The notes under the pieces: model-generated
What the model was told of the DNA's origin: nothing
Database searches by the model: none
What the model saw: the letters and a program-made list of their open reading frames with translations, nothing else
From: a virus
DNA length: 64,000 bases
Strand: one strand, 5' to 3'
Virus record (IMG/VR): IMGVR_UViG_3300042891_001180
Shown: piece by piece, positions 27,936 to 39,114 of the stretch
Numbering within the stretch: position 1 is the stretch's first letter
Layout of the letters: each line of letters opens with the position of its first letter
Made by a program: the position numbers and the translations under genes

Positions 27936-30900
27936 TTAGGGATATTGACTTGCGACACCATTAGTTCTTAAAGTGTCCCAGGCTGAGTTTCCTGATGCTC
28001 CATCTTCAATAATACTTAGGGTAATAGCTGCAGCATAATTTGCGATCGCTGTTTGTACTCCCGCTTCAGTATTGGGGAAAGAACCGTTAGCAAGTCCAAC
28101 TTCCCAGAACGAAAGCATATCGGCAGTAGGGGTACCAGCATCGACAATTGTTGCTACCGTTTCTTTTGTTGCTTCAAAAATTGGAACAATTGTTGTATTA
28201 AAATCAGCGCCTGTTATCGAAGCAACTCTTTCTGTAAAGCCATTACCACTACTATCTGTAGCAGAGAGAATGTTGGTTGCAGTAAGATAATTATTTACAG
28301 TAAGCCCGTTTGGTAATACGTAACCGGGATCTGCTAGTGCAGATGTAGGGTTAATTGCAGCAATGACAGGCCCGGATTGGAAGTTATATTGAGTGCCTCC
28401 ATCGTTCGCTACCACTTCTCTATTAAAATCATAACCTGCAGGGGTATTGACTGCAGCTTGTTGTATAACAGTAAGTGAGCTACCTCTCTCAGCAGCATAT
28501 GCTGCAACAGCATCCCTATACGCTTGCGCCGCTGCTGGATCAGAACACCAATTATAATTAGCTCCAGCTCCTTCATTGTATAATGCACCTACCACAATGT
28601 AATCTAAAGCTATTACAGGCGCCTTTGGTGGCGGGGGAGGCGGAGGTGGCGGTACGGGTGGTACGCCACCTTCAGTATATACTGGTGGTTGATATACAGG
28701 TGAAACTGTATTTGCTGGAGGCGGGGAAGGGGTGTCTACAAAAACTACTGGCGGTGAATATACCACCCTTGGAGGTTCAGTATATGAAATTGTACCGCTT
28801 GCTGTATATATAGCGTCAGCAAAAGATTCTTTATCACTGCTATCAGTTGGAGAATCGGTGAGTCTAAATTTAACCGAGCCAGCAGGGATCCTAAGACTGT
28901 TTATATCTAAGTTATAGTTAAACGTACCTGTAACTGTACCTTTATCATCGGTAATTATGTCAGCATTTGCGGTAAGAAAATCACCTGTAAATGTAACATT
29001 TGAAGTAGTATTAGCACTCTTACAGAAATCGGTAACATTGTATTCATTAAAAAAGGCAAACATTTTTGTATTAGGTTTAAGCTTTTTGGCTGTAAATCTA
29101 ATCGATGCGCTACGTAGGAATGGAAAAACTGCATTGGTAGAGCTACCAGTGGTGCTAGCATCTGTAATTACTACCCCACCTTGTACTGCCTTAGCAGCAT
29201 CTTTGTTTGTTGGTGTGTACCAAAACTGCTTCCAAGATCCCCATACAGAACCATAGGTTGCTTCCCCTACAGAATCTGGAATAAAAGTATCGTATGCACC
29301 AGTATCATCTCTGTATATTAATGGTTTATCTGAGGTACTAAACCATGTATCCCCTGGTGGGGAAAGTGTCATTGATCCTGTAAAAGTATAATTGTCATAA
29401 GGATTAATACTTTCGACCGAATCAGAAAAATCATTTACAATATATGGTAGCTCTTCATACTGTAACATTACAGTATTATTCTTTACTACATACCCGTTAT
29501 TAGTTCTATTTGCTGCAGTAGGAGTTTGTTCGACTAATTTAAAATTATCTTGAATAAAAGCAGGTTTTAATTCTCCGCTATCAAAATCCATAGAAATATT
29601 ATAATCTAAATTACGTACATCACCTATACCATGACCTTTAAATGCTTCTACAACAAAACCATTTTTAAATCTATCTAATCCAAAGCTATCTTTGACTGAA
29701 AATACTGCTGTATCTAATTCTAATAAAGACAAGGTTGTATAGTATTCAAGATTTTTAATACGGTTTTCTAGTTTACCAATATCTTTCATAGTATAGCGTT
29801 TTTGGTCTATAGCATAAAAGATTGAGTCTCTATTAATATTAAAACCGTATGCAGGGTGCTCTACAACGTATAGTGGCATAGCTTCAGCAGGTATTAAAGG
29901 CTCTACAGGCTCCAGGCTTGATATACCTTCCTTATACGTTATCTTACCATCACTGGTAATAAAGATTTTATCAGTTCTAGGTAAATAATAAGAATAGTCA
30001 GTTTGAAAATCATTCGCAAAATCTAAAAATTCATTTCTTACCGCTCCAGTGTTTTTAAAGTTTACACCGTCGTTTGAAATTCTCGGTCTTAAGTCAATAG
30101 AGTCTCTTAATGAATAAACTATACCTTGATCCTTAAAGGTAGGTATAGTATTATAATCTGGGTATGATTCAGCGCTAAAATAATCTCCTGTACCATGGGT
30201 AAAGTAATCATAATGAATTTTTATAGGGCCTTCAGGTGCAGGTTTACCAGGTTTTAATTTAATCTTAGAAATACCGTAATAAGTAGAAGTTTGTCCACTC
30301 TCTAAAGTATAGTTATCTGAAATATCAATTGAATTGCTTTCAAGATAGGACGTTCCAAAAGCATTAGCTGACATTCTTACATTAGATACTTCGTAAACAT
30401 CAGCAACACCTAGAGAGATGACGGTTGCTTGACAATCGGTTCTAGTAGTATAGGTGGCAGATGAAGAGGTAGAAGTTTTTGCTTTTGCTGAAGGGTTGTT
30501 CTTGATAATTGTGGTATAAACTAATACGTCTTGATTAGTTAACCCGTAGTCAGAAAGATCAATGGATATGTTACGATTAGTTGGTGCGTCGGTGAATGTA
30601 ATTTCGTCAGATTCTATTTTATAAATTTTACCAGCCGTACCACCAGTAACAGCAACTGCAAAGTAATCCTGATCGGTCCTAGATGCAAAGGTAGAACCTA
30701 CAGCTGTAGTTAAGGCTACAACGTTAGCAGTAAGGGTACCAAAAAATACTCTTCTTGTACGAATAGTTATATCACTAAGTTCTTTTATAACATCGTTAGG
30801 CATCGGGAAGATATATGACGCTTTATCATTATCAACCAATACCGCTTCATCCCTAGTTGTATTTACCCCAAAAACATTAGATAGTGGGTAATTTCTGTCT

Positions 30901-32495
30901 ATAGTTAAAGCAGAATTTGTAGTGACTGCAGTGACTCGATATGAATTAGAAGTATCTGAATTAAATTTAATATAATCACCGACCTCTAAGTCAGTGGTAA
31001 ATACTGAATTAAGGCCTACAACAGCAGCACTTCCATTGGTGAGAGTAACCGTACCGGTAACAGAAGTATTTGTAGATGGTACAATGTTTGCTGTAAAAGC
31101 GGTTGAAACATAACCAGTATCTGATACGCTTGCATGGTATAACTGTTTTACATCTCTTTCAAACGTATACCCGCTATTCATACTAATATCAAATAAGAAG
31201 GTATTAAAGGTGGAGGCAGCCAACATAGCGTTGCTTGAAGGAGATTCAAACCCTCTAACCTTTGCATTACCTACCAATGTACCTGCAGGAGAGCCAGGAG
31301 TAGCAGTATACTGATCGTATAAATTAATATCTATTAAATTAGAAGTAAAATTAGGAATACCGAATGCATCTTTTACTTCTACGTAGTTACCAATAGGAGT
31401 TCTAACTACAGCATTAGTAACGTTAGCGGTATCTCTAGGTTTGCTAAAAGGAAAATAACGATTTGATTGAGTTTCAACTTCATACCCTTTTACATAACTT
31501 TTACCGGGTGTTAAAATAGCAATAGCAAGACTGGCGTTACCTTGAGCGTTCCCTGAATACCCGGTGAGATCTGCAGAGGTGGCAGCATGCTCAATAAATT
31601 TTAAATTAAATGGCTTAACAGTATAATCACCAGATTCGTCAAAAGTACGACGTGCAAGCTCATCTTGCAATACGCTATAACCTGGCTTATCGACAATGTC
31701 CACAAGGGAGCCATTTTCAATACGAAGCAACTCAATAAAATTATCAGATGTAGCAGAAGAAATAGAACGTTTATTTAAAATTAATTCAATTTTATATCTA
31801 TCTGCACCTGGAGCAAAATAGTTAAATGTACCAATAGCGGGATCTAAAAGTGTTTCATCATCATCGCTGTTAACAGTAGTTTCAGATACTTCTAATCCTA
31901 CCCTGTAGTTAGAATTAATAAGATACTTGTCAAGAATAATATTATTGGAAAATACTTTTACAAAGTGATCTTTAACAAAATACACACCGTCGGTGATACT
32001 TGCCCCTAAGCACTTACCAGTTGAAGAAACGGTTGCGCTGTAGGTAGTACCAGTATCATTAGTAACAATGTTTTCAGCTGCACTGAATGCACCTGCAGTT
32101 CTACTGGTACCTGAGTCTAGATATTTTACAAAAATTGTTGGTGGGTCTGTAGCAGTACCTTCTTCAACATTTATTACCTGTGCTCTTACCCCGGATGTCT
32201 GTCCAATCATCTCTCTGTTAAGATAATTAGCAACCTCAATATCTTCTGAATTAAAGGTAGTAAGTAGTTTTACAAAGTTTACATTCTTATCAAATTTAAT
32301 GTTACCAGGTATAACTAATGAACCGGGCTTAAATACATGATTACCAAATCTTGATACTTGATTTTGTAGTATTGTTTGAAGTTGATTTAATTCTCTTGAT
32401 TGAACAGCCACCCCTGGTTTAAAGAGAATGCGGTGAAAGCCATCTGCTTCACTGTAATCATCAAAGTACGGGTCGGTGTTAAAATTAATCGCCAT
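27936..32495 (-). CDS. VrlC/DUF4815-like large virion structural protein, N-terminal part
   Basis: PYFDDY, ILFKPG..VQSRELNQLQ, APGADRY, LARRTFDESGDY, RYTMKDIGKLE.RI.NLEYYT.LSLLE, DRFKNGF. Confidence 0.85.
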   Translation of the reverse strand: MAINFNTDPYFDDYSEADGFHRILFKPGVAVQSRELNQLQTILQNQVSRFGNHVFKPGSLVIPGNIKFDKNVNFVKLLTTFNSEDIEVANYLNREMIGQTSGVRAQVINVEEGTATDPPTIFVKYLDSGTSRTAGAFSAAENIVTNDTGTTYSATVSSTGKCLGASITDGVYFVKDHFVKVFSNNIILDKYLINSNYRVGLEVSETTVNSDDDETLLDPAIGTFNYFAPGADRYKIELILNKRSISSATSDNFIELLRIENGSLVDIVDKPGYSVLQDELARRTFDESGDYTVKPFNLKFIEHAATSADLTGYSGNAQGNASLAIAILTPGKSYVKGYEVETQSNRYFPFSKPRDTANVTNAVVRTPIGNYVEVKDAFGIPNFTSNLIDINLYDQYTATPGSPAGTLVGNAKVRGFESPSSNAMLAASTFNTFLFDISMNSGYTFERDVKQLYHASVSDTGYVSTAFTANIVPSTNTSVTGTVTLTNGSAAVVGLNSVFTTDLEVGDYIKFNSDTSNSYRVTAVTTNSALTIDRNYPLSNVFGVNTTRDEAVLVDNDKASYIFPMPNDVIKELSDITIRTRRVFFGTLTANVVALTTAVGSTFASRTDQDYFAVAVTGGTAGKIYKIESDEITFTDAPTNRNISIDLSDYGLTNQDVLVYTTIIKNNPSAKAKTSTSSSATYTTRTDCQATVISLGVADVYEVSNVRMSANAFGTSYLESNSIDISDNYTLESGQTSTYYGISKIKLKPGKPAPEGPIKIHYDYFTHGTGDYFSAESYPDYNTIPTFKDQGIVYSLRDSIDLRPRISNDGVNFKNTGAVRNEFLDFANDFQTDYSYYLPRTDKIFITSDGKITYKEGISSLEPVEPLIPAEAMPLYVVEHPAYGFNINRDSIFYAIDQKRYTMKDIGKLENRIKNLEYYTTLSLLELDTAVFSVKDSFGLDRFKNGFVVEAFKGHGIGDVRNLDYNISMDFDSGELKPAFIQDNFKLVEQTPTAANRTNNGYVVKNNTVMLQYEELPYIVNDFSDSVESINPYDNYTFTGSMTLSPPGDTWFSTSDKPLIYRDDTGAYDTFIPDSVGEATYGSVWGSWKQFWYTPTNKDAAKAVQGGVVITDASTTGSSTNAVFPFLRSASIRFTAKKLKPNTKMFAFFNEYNVTDFCKSANTTSNVTFTGDFLTANADIITDDKGTVTGTFNYNLDINSLRIPAGSVKFRLTDSPTDSSDKESFADAIYTASGTISYTEPPRVVYSPPVVFVDTPSPPPANTVSPVYQPPVYTEGGVPPVPPPPPPPPPKAPVIALDYIVVGALYNEGAGANYNWCSDPAAAQAYRDAVAAYAAERGSSLTVIQQAAVNTPAGYDFNREVVANDGGTQYNFQSGPVIAAINPTSALADPGYVLPNGLTVNNYLTATNILSATDSSGNGFTERVASITGADFNTTIVPIFEATKETVATIVDAGTPTADMLSFWEVGLANGSFPNTEAGVQTAIANYAAAITLSIIEDGASGNSAWDTLRTNGVASQYP

Positions 32496-32507
32496 CTCTT
32501 ACCTATG

Positions 32508-34646
32508 TTATAATTTGAGTACTGTTCTAAGAGTAACTAATTGTTGTTCGCTGTAACTTACCGCTGTTCTATTATCTATAAACAACAAGTCACCGCTAAA
32601 TTTATTTATATCGGGAGTTCTATCAATTACGGTCACTACATAATTAAGATTAGAAGTTTCATCAGTTAAAACATTACCTACTACTAATGCGTAATTATTT
32701 TTGTCTTGAAGTAGTAATTGATTAGAAGAACTTGTAATCTCTACGACTTCATAGTTACGCTTAGCTCCATGTATTGTAATAGTTAAAATATCGTCGCGAG
32801 CAAGCCCAGAAACAGTATCGGTAGTTACCAAATAGCATGCGCTCCCGGTAACGTTAGCATATGCTTGATCGTTTGTAAACTTATCTATATCTCTTATGAT
32901 ACCAAACTGTCTGTAATCATTCTGTACCAAGACACCATGATTCTTTTCATTATTTATAGTAGATGTAAACATCAAAGTATCTGCAAATAATTCTTTAACT
33001 GGATCACTTCCATGGCCTCCAGTAGGAGAAATAATAGCTGATACATTAGCGTTTGCACCATTACCAGTTATGGTTACATTAGCAAACGTATACCCTACCC
33101 CTGGTGCTTGCACGGTAATATAACTGATGGTGTTATTTGCAAGCACTACGTTACCTGCAAATCCTACCCCGTCTCCTGCAACTACTACATTGGCATAAGA
33201 ATAACCACTACCTACATTGGCAATTCTAAAAGCATGAATACCTCCATCAATAGCTGATAATTCAACCACCGTCTGTAAAGTATCTAGATCATCTACTGAA
33301 AGATTAGGAAAGGCATTAGCACCACTTCCTGTAGCGCTTGCAAAAGTTATTTCTAAATGAGTATAACCATTACCGCGTTCTTCAATTATAACATCTTCAA
33401 CTTGTCCAGCGGCATTAACAAACGGAGTTAAAACTGCACCAGTACCATCACCTATTAAAGAAATGGTAGTATTTAAATTTGAGGAATAATTAATGCCACC
33501 ATCTTCAATTAGCACTCTTTCCAATTGCCCATTAACCAATACAGGGGTAAGAACTGCGCTGGTAGAGAAGTTTAAATTAGCAGTAGCATTTGAAGTTGGT
33601 TGACTGCTACCGGTCGTTGCTATACTGATGGTGGTATTTGATCTTGCATCAGGCGAATAACCATAGCCTTTATTAGTTAAAGTAACCCCTACTATTGAAT
33701 TACTGGTACTACCATAAACAAGACTTGCAAATGCATTAGCCGTTGGCTGAAAGGCACCAGTAGTTGCTATAGTTACAGTAGTATTATTTCTTACATTTGT
33801 AAAGTATCCAGCTCCTGTGCTGTAAATACTGACATTACTGATATTATTAAATTCACTATGCCCAGAATAACCAGAATTGTTTATTCTTATATTTGCAGAT
33901 TTATATTTTGCGCCAGCATTATCTATCAATACCTTAATAAATTCACCAGATGTATTAAATACTGGTCTAATATTAGCAATTGAATTACCTGAGCCTCCAG
34001 TAAATTCACCAAGAACCGAAAGTGAAACCAATGCGTTACCGGTGTAGCCTGAACCGTTACTATCTATAGTTATACTACTTACTTCACCTCTAGAATAAAA
34101 AGCATTAGTTACCGCTCTCTGCACCGGCATAAATGAAGCTGTAAGAAATCTATTCTGAGCCGATAGGGGGATAGTATACATATACTTCCAAACATATCCA
34201 TCGGCTGTAGTAAGAGTGGTAACGTCTTGCCCGGAGGGTTCAACGGTTGAAGCTGCTCCATTATTATTAAAAATACACTTATATACTGCAAAGGTACTGG
34301 TCAGTACATAAAATTGAGATGCCTTTAAACTAGTTGCACCAGATTCGGAAGTAAAAGTTGAACTGTAATTACCATCGTATTGATCATATACGGTACCTGT
34401 TTCCCAATCATATCTAGGTACTACAAAAGATACGTCTCTTAAGTTTATTCTTTTAATACTTAAAATACCATTTCGCGTATAATGTTCGTAGTCCTGGGTT
34501 ACCTCAGGTGTCTGGGGGGTAGCAGGTACAGCCCATTCTAAAATATTACCAATAAAATAGTAATAGTTAGCTCTACGAGACAAAAACTCATTATAAACCG
34601 ATTCCACCAATGAGCGGTGAATGGTATCCTTTAAAAGAAAAGACAT
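32508..34646 (-). CDS. gp8: Baseplate wedge subunit
   Basis: VYKC, ADGYVWKYMY, GGHGSDP..EL, NDYRQFG, SGDLLFIDNR; GSGY repeats. Confidence 0.85.
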   Translation of the reverse strand: MSFLLKDTIHRSLVESVYNEFLSRRANYYYFIGNILEWAVPATPQTPEVTQDYEHYTRNGILSIKRINLRDVSFVVPRYDWETGTVYDQYDGNYSSTFTSESGATSLKASQFYVLTSTFAVYKCIFNNNGAASTVEPSGQDVTTLTTADGYVWKYMYTIPLSAQNRFLTASFMPVQRAVTNAFYSRGEVSSITIDSNGSGYTGNALVSLSVLGEFTGGSGNSIANIRPVFNTSGEFIKVLIDNAGAKYKSANIRINNSGYSGHSEFNNISNVSIYSTGAGYFTNVRNNTTVTIATTGAFQPTANAFASLVYGSTSNSIVGVTLTNKGYGYSPDARSNTTISIATTGSSQPTSNATANLNFSTSAVLTPVLVNGQLERVLIEDGGINYSSNLNTTISLIGDGTGAVLTPFVNAAGQVEDVIIEERGNGYTHLEITFASATGSGANAFPNLSVDDLDTLQTVVELSAIDGGIHAFRIANVGSGYSYANVVVAGDGVGFAGNVVLANNTISYITVQAPGVGYTFANVTITGNGANANVSAIISPTGGHGSDPVKELFADTLMFTSTINNEKNHGVLVQNDYRQFGIIRDIDKFTNDQAYANVTGSACYLVTTDTVSGLARDDILTITIHGAKRNYEVVEITSSSNQLLLQDKNNYALVVGNVLTDETSNLNYVVTVIDRTPDINKFSGDLLFIDNRTAVSYSEQQLVTLRTVLKL

Positions 34647-34647
34647 G

Positions 34648-35088
34648 TTATGCTACAGTAACGTTCCAGGTAATAACAATAGTATCCCCAGCTGCCTTAT
34701 TAACCGTACTAAAGGTTGTACGGCATAGCATATTACCTGTAGAGGCTGCATTTAAAATAGCTGCCTCAGTCAAAGCACCTGTACCGGTACCTGCAGGAAA
34801 TGTAGCAATATATGTAAGAACGTTAGATACACGGGTTGTTGAATCTAATACTACTCGACCTAATTCTCCCCCTAATGCAGTTTGACCGGTAGCAGCAGCA
34901 GTAGCATCCGAACCCACTGCCATATGACTAGGAACTGCAATAGTATTACCAACCAGGCGAGCTGCAATAACTTGCTTTCCCACTGCTACTACAAGGTTAT
35001 CAATTCTACGATAATCTTTTTGAATACCTTTTTCATCCAGAAGAATAACTTCCAGATTACCTTTTATACTTACTGATTCTGTAAACAT
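34648..35088 (-). CDS. Baseplate / tail-fibre attachment-type protein
   Basis: NLVV..G, MAVG, ATFPAG.GTG.LTEA, ITW.V. Confidence 0.65.
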   Translation of the reverse strand: MFTESVSIKGNLEVILLDEKGIQKDYRRIDNLVVAVGKQVIAARLVGNTIAVPSHMAVGSDATAAATGQTALGGELGRVVLDSTTRVSNVLTYIATFPAGTGTGALTEAAILNAASTGNMLCRTTFSTVNKAAGDTIVITWNVTVA

Positions 35089-35115
35089 GTTTTTTCCTTA
35101 AAAAGTTCTTTTATA

Positions 35116-35123
35116 TATTTATA
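35116..35123 (-). promoter_or_regulatory. Late promoter
   Basis: TATAAATA. Confidence 0.7.
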
Positions 35124-35126
35124 TTA

Positions 35127-37265
35127 TTAAAATACAATCACTGATGACCCAGCATAAATTTCATCAAAGTAATCTATCGCATAATCTACAAGTATGCCTG
35201 AGCCAGTATCAGTGATTGAAACATTACTTATATTATTATCAATATTCTTATTAAATACTTGCGAAAGCTCTTCAGATAATGATAAGCTATCATTTACTAA
35301 TGAACTTCCTGATATATCATTTAAAATAGATAGTACATTTACATTATCAGAAAATGCGTCAAGTGTTTGAACTATGTTAATGGATTCAGAAATAGTTACA
35401 GTATCAGATACTGGTTTAAACACATTTAATGATATAAAACTATCAGATATACTTACTACATTTGCAAGTGGTTTTTGCAATTGATATGCTCTACTATCCA
35501 GCGTACTGAATACACTGTTAAGTTGTGTAAATACATTTTTAGCAGAAACCACTTCCACATTGGCACTAACATTCGCAATAGTAGTCAGGGCTCTATTTAC
35601 AAATAAATTAGTACCAGCTTGATGTACCAATTTTTTAACAATATTATAGAAAACACTTATATCAAGCTCAGATTCAACTTGGTATGCAAATGGCTGATAC
35701 AGATTCTTATCTTGTAAACGTACATCAGGTTCGGATAAAAAGCCCTGAGTCGCCATATATTCACCTGGATACTTTGCAATAGCTCCTATATCAAACGTTA
35801 TGATAGCATCAGAGGGGTTAGAAATACCTACAGAGGTTGCTGAAATAATTGCTTGAGAAGTCGTACTTGAAGAAGCTAATAAATTACCAGTATATGCAAA
35901 AGGTGTAACATAATCTGAATCAAAATATCTGGTTGAGTCAGTTGTAGAATGAATTCCTATTAAAGTAAAACTTTCTTGGAATCCTCCTGCAGTAGTAGCA
36001 AAATATTTAGTAGATGTGGCCACTCCCAATGCATTGGATAAGGTAATAGTAAAATTACTACTATAATTATAACCAAAATTAATAAACTTTAAAGTTTGAA
36101 TTGATCCGTTAGATCCAACCTTAGTAATTCTAACTAAAGTATCTTGACCTCCGATGGTAAGATTAAATACTTCTCCTACTCTAAATCCCGTACCCCCGAA
36201 ACTAACTTGGTATGAAGTAGTAGTTGGTTTTACAATACCAGTGAAAATAGTACTAGTTAAGCTTTTTACAAATACATTATCATCTATTTCAAAAGGAACA
36301 TCAACTAAACTCTTATAAAATATTTCATAAAGATTTGTAGCTAGAGTCTTTACTCTGACTATTTCAACAGTATAAGCAATATTATTTTTTACAAGATTTA
36401 AAAACCTATCTTGAAGGTTAGTTACGCTACCAGAGGTTAATAGTACCCGTATAGATGTACGGAAACTCCATTTTCCATCGGATGGTCTTAATACAAAATC
36501 ATAAGGATGACTGGTAGTTGCAACAGTATCATATAAAACTTTAAAAAGTGTTTCTATAGAAAGGGTACTACCCTTGGCCTTATACAACCCTTCTATCTTT
36601 TTAACTAAGAGTGATTTGTTAACTTGTAGACTTATAGGTAGGTCACTTGCATAATTAGTTAAAAAATAATTTACAAAACTAGATGTAGTTTTATCTATAT
36701 CACTGTACTGTCTGGCATTTTGTACTAATTCAAGAGCACCTTGATCTTGCTCTAAAAATTTATAATAATACTCTAAAAACGCCACAAAGGTGGTATAGTC
36801 AGACCTGATAAACTCAGGTAGCTGACTGCTTATTAAATCAGATACTCGGTCTTTTATTCTTTCAGTACTTACGGTATTGGTATTAGGGGTATTATCAATG
36901 TAAAGTATACTCAATGAATCATTTATTATAGAACTATCGGTGAGAGATTGTTCTACTACCGTGCCACTTATACTCAAGACTCCCTGCATGCTGGAATGAA
37001 TTTGACAGATATAGTATAAGGTAGAGGGGGCATCATTTGGAACTGTGAAGGATATTGTTCCAACAGCAACCCCATTATTAGTAACTCCATCATTATAAGC
37101 ACTACCTGTACCAGTTACTGCAGCTGTCTTTATCCAAAAAGGATGACCAGTTGCATTAACGTTAAAGGTATAGGTATTTCCTCTGACTAAATTAAGAGTT
37201 GGATTACTATTACCATCAATGCTATAGGCTCCTGCGCCTACATTAGTTACTGCAAATGTGGTCAT
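35127..37265 (-). CDS. gp7: Baseplate wedge initiator (gp7-like) with N-terminal cupredoxin-like domain
   Basis: QLPEFIR.DY..FV.FLEYYY, YKAKGS, PSDGKW, LQD..YQ.F.Y, LVH.AG; GHPF...YYICQIH..M. Confidence 0.75.
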   Translation of the reverse strand: MTTFAVTNVGAGAYSIDGNSNPTLNLVRGNTYTFNVNATGHPFWIKTAAVTGTGSAYNDGVTNNGVAVGTISFTVPNDAPSTLYYICQIHSSMQGVLSISGTVVEQSLTDSSIINDSLSILYIDNTPNTNTVSTERIKDRVSDLISSQLPEFIRSDYTTFVAFLEYYYKFLEQDQGALELVQNARQYSDIDKTTSSFVNYFLTNYASDLPISLQVNKSLLVKKIEGLYKAKGSTLSIETLFKVLYDTVATTSHPYDFVLRPSDGKWSFRTSIRVLLTSGSVTNLQDRFLNLVKNNIAYTVEIVRVKTLATNLYEIFYKSLVDVPFEIDDNVFVKSLTSTIFTGIVKPTTTSYQVSFGGTGFRVGEVFNLTIGGQDTLVRITKVGSNGSIQTLKFINFGYNYSSNFTITLSNALGVATSTKYFATTAGGFQESFTLIGIHSTTDSTRYFDSDYVTPFAYTGNLLASSSTTSQAIISATSVGISNPSDAIITFDIGAIAKYPGEYMATQGFLSEPDVRLQDKNLYQPFAYQVESELDISVFYNIVKKLVHQAGTNLFVNRALTTIANVSANVEVVSAKNVFTQLNSVFSTLDSRAYQLQKPLANVVSISDSFISLNVFKPVSDTVTISESINIVQTLDAFSDNVNVLSILNDISGSSLVNDSLSLSEELSQVFNKNIDNNISNVSITDTGSGILVDYAIDYFDEIYAGSSVIVF

Positions 37266-37266
37266 A

Positions 37267-39114
37267 TTATACTGAAGAGGTTACAGTAATAGTTGTACCG
37301 GCAACCAAGCCCCCGGCCTTATTAGTTGTAGTATCATCTAGTAGTAAAATTTCATTTCTTGAAACAGTCAAATTATAATTAGCTTCCTGTATAGTTCCTG
37401 TAATCCGGATATCCGTTACTCCGGCTGGAATACCCGATGGAGTAATACCAGTTAAAGAGATAATTCCTGTTCCATAATCTACTGTACCGACATTTGAAGA
37501 TACAATAGCATTATTAACGATATTAACAAGCCTTAGTACACCAGAGCCGTTATCGTTTGGAGGGGTATCATTTGGAAGATCTGTAATTTTTACCAGCGTC
37601 GAAACTCCACTAACAGAGATAAAAAAGAAGCTAGAAAGTATAGACCCAGGCTTTAATGGATTTCTAAATTTTACAGCGGTATCCCCGGTAAATAAATTAG
37701 TAGTATTTAAAACAGGTATAATTCTACGTTGTAACTTAAGAGTAAGCAAGGCGCTGGTAATAGAGTTATTAGTACTGAGAATATCTTTTATCAAAGCTGA
37801 ATGAATATAATTCTTATTAAACTTTTGTACGTTATTAGTAAAGAAGTTAGTTATGGTAGTATTAACCTGGGCTCTTATTTGTTCAGAAGATAAGGTAGTA
37901 ATAGAAGAATTAAACTTTATATCAGCAGTAAGATTTACAAAGAATAATGAAGGATCAACAAAGACTGGGGTAACAGTAATACCTTGTTTAGACTTTAGAA
38001 TATTATTTTTGATTGATTCTTTAGTAGCATCAGAAATAGTAAAAGAGGAAAATGGTTTTAAGGATATAATTACTCTACCATAATAGGGAGGATCATTATC
38101 CTCACCACCCCATACCGAAACAGATTCTGCTCCTGCATAATTAGCTAAGATCAACGCCTCATAATCGGTAGCAGTAACTGCTCTGTTCTTTGCTGCATTA
38201 ACCCTGGGAGCATTAAACTTAATTGAGGTAATGCTTTCAGCATCCGCGCCACCTGTTGAATTACTGTTAACGGTAATTGCAATACTACTTGATCCCCCTA
38301 TTGTGGTTCCGGCGGTAAAGGATTGAGTTATCGTACTTGATACGTTAACTACAGAACCTGTAGCAACCATGTATTGTATAGTAACGATATTACCAAACGT
38401 TAAACTCTTACCTAATACTCCGTCACCGAAAAATATTTGATACTTACCCTGGGGATTCTGTTCAAGAAAATAGATTTCTGATGTATCACTTATCCCGGTA
38501 ATATCGGTAGATAGGGAATAGGTGGTAGTTGTGGTATCAGAAGATGAGGTCTGTACGCTGACTTTAATAGTAGTTGTATCTACCGATTCACTGGGTATCT
38601 CGTATTTTGCATTAGGTGTGATATCGGTAACAACATAACTAAAAGACAGCAAAGTACCTTCCGTAACATCGGTATCAGCAAAAGTGTAGGTTGTACCTAC
38701 CCTGGAAGCAGTCTTAGCCTCGGTGGTAAGGAAAGTATATGATATCCCATCTACTGTAGATGTAAAGGGAGTATATCGATCCATTGTCAAGGATGCAGGC
38801 AAGTTAGATGGATTGGTAACTACTATGTCTAAGTTTGCTACTGCCCCCCTTGCCGATACCGGTGTATAACCTAAATGCTTGGCAATAGAAACTGCAGAAG
38901 ATCTCTTAACTGCAGAATCTAAGAACATCTCATTTACCACCATATTAGCCAGATAAGCGTTGTAATGGGTATTATAGGCTAAGATATCCAATAGAGTAGA
39001 TAATCCTGATCCTTCAAAATCATAATCGGTAAATTCGGTTTGAGCGTTTAAAAACGTTTTTAAGTTTGACTTAATTTGATCAAAATCAAGTTCGGCTATT
39101 CTTAGATTAGACAT
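37267..39114 (-). CDS. gp6: Baseplate wedge subunit
   Basis: LDFDQIK.NL, TDYDFEGS, LAYNTHYN, FGDGVLG, NRAVT..DY, WGGED. Confidence 0.95.
   Translation of the reverse strand: MSNLRIAELDFDQIKSNLKTFLNAQTEFTDYDFEGSGLSTLLDILAYNTHYNAYLANMVVNEMFLDSAVKRSSAVSIAKHLGYTPVSARGAVANLDIVVTNPSNLPASLTMDRYTPFTSTVDGISYTFLTTEAKTASRVGTTYTFADTDVTEGTLLSFSYVVTDITPNAKYEIPSESVDTTTIKVSVQTSSSDTTTTTYSLSTDITGISDTSEIYFLEQNPQGKYQIFFGDGVLGKSLTFGNIVTIQYMVATGSVVNVSSTITQSFTAGTTIGGSSSIAITVNSNSTGGADAESITSIKFNAPRVNAAKNRAVTATDYEALILANYAGAESVSVWGGEDNDPPYYGRVIISLKPFSSFTISDATKESIKNNILKSKQGITVTPVFVDPSLFFVNLTADIKFNSSITTLSSEQIRAQVNTTITNFFTNNVQKFNKNYIHSALIKDILSTNNSITSALLTLKLQRRIIPVLNTTNLFTGDTAVKFRNPLKPGSILSSFFFISVSGVSTLVKITDLPNDTPPNDNGSGVLRLVNIVNNAIVSSNVGTVDYGTGIISLTGITPSGIPAGVTDIRITGTIQEANYNLTVSRNEILLLDDTTTNKAGGLVAGTTITVTSSV

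Noticed and set aside
27907-27941. CCC TAA as a +1 frameshift joining the two VrlC-like ORFs
   Set aside because: The +1 frame is not in phase with the downstream ATG, which has its own AAGGA SD
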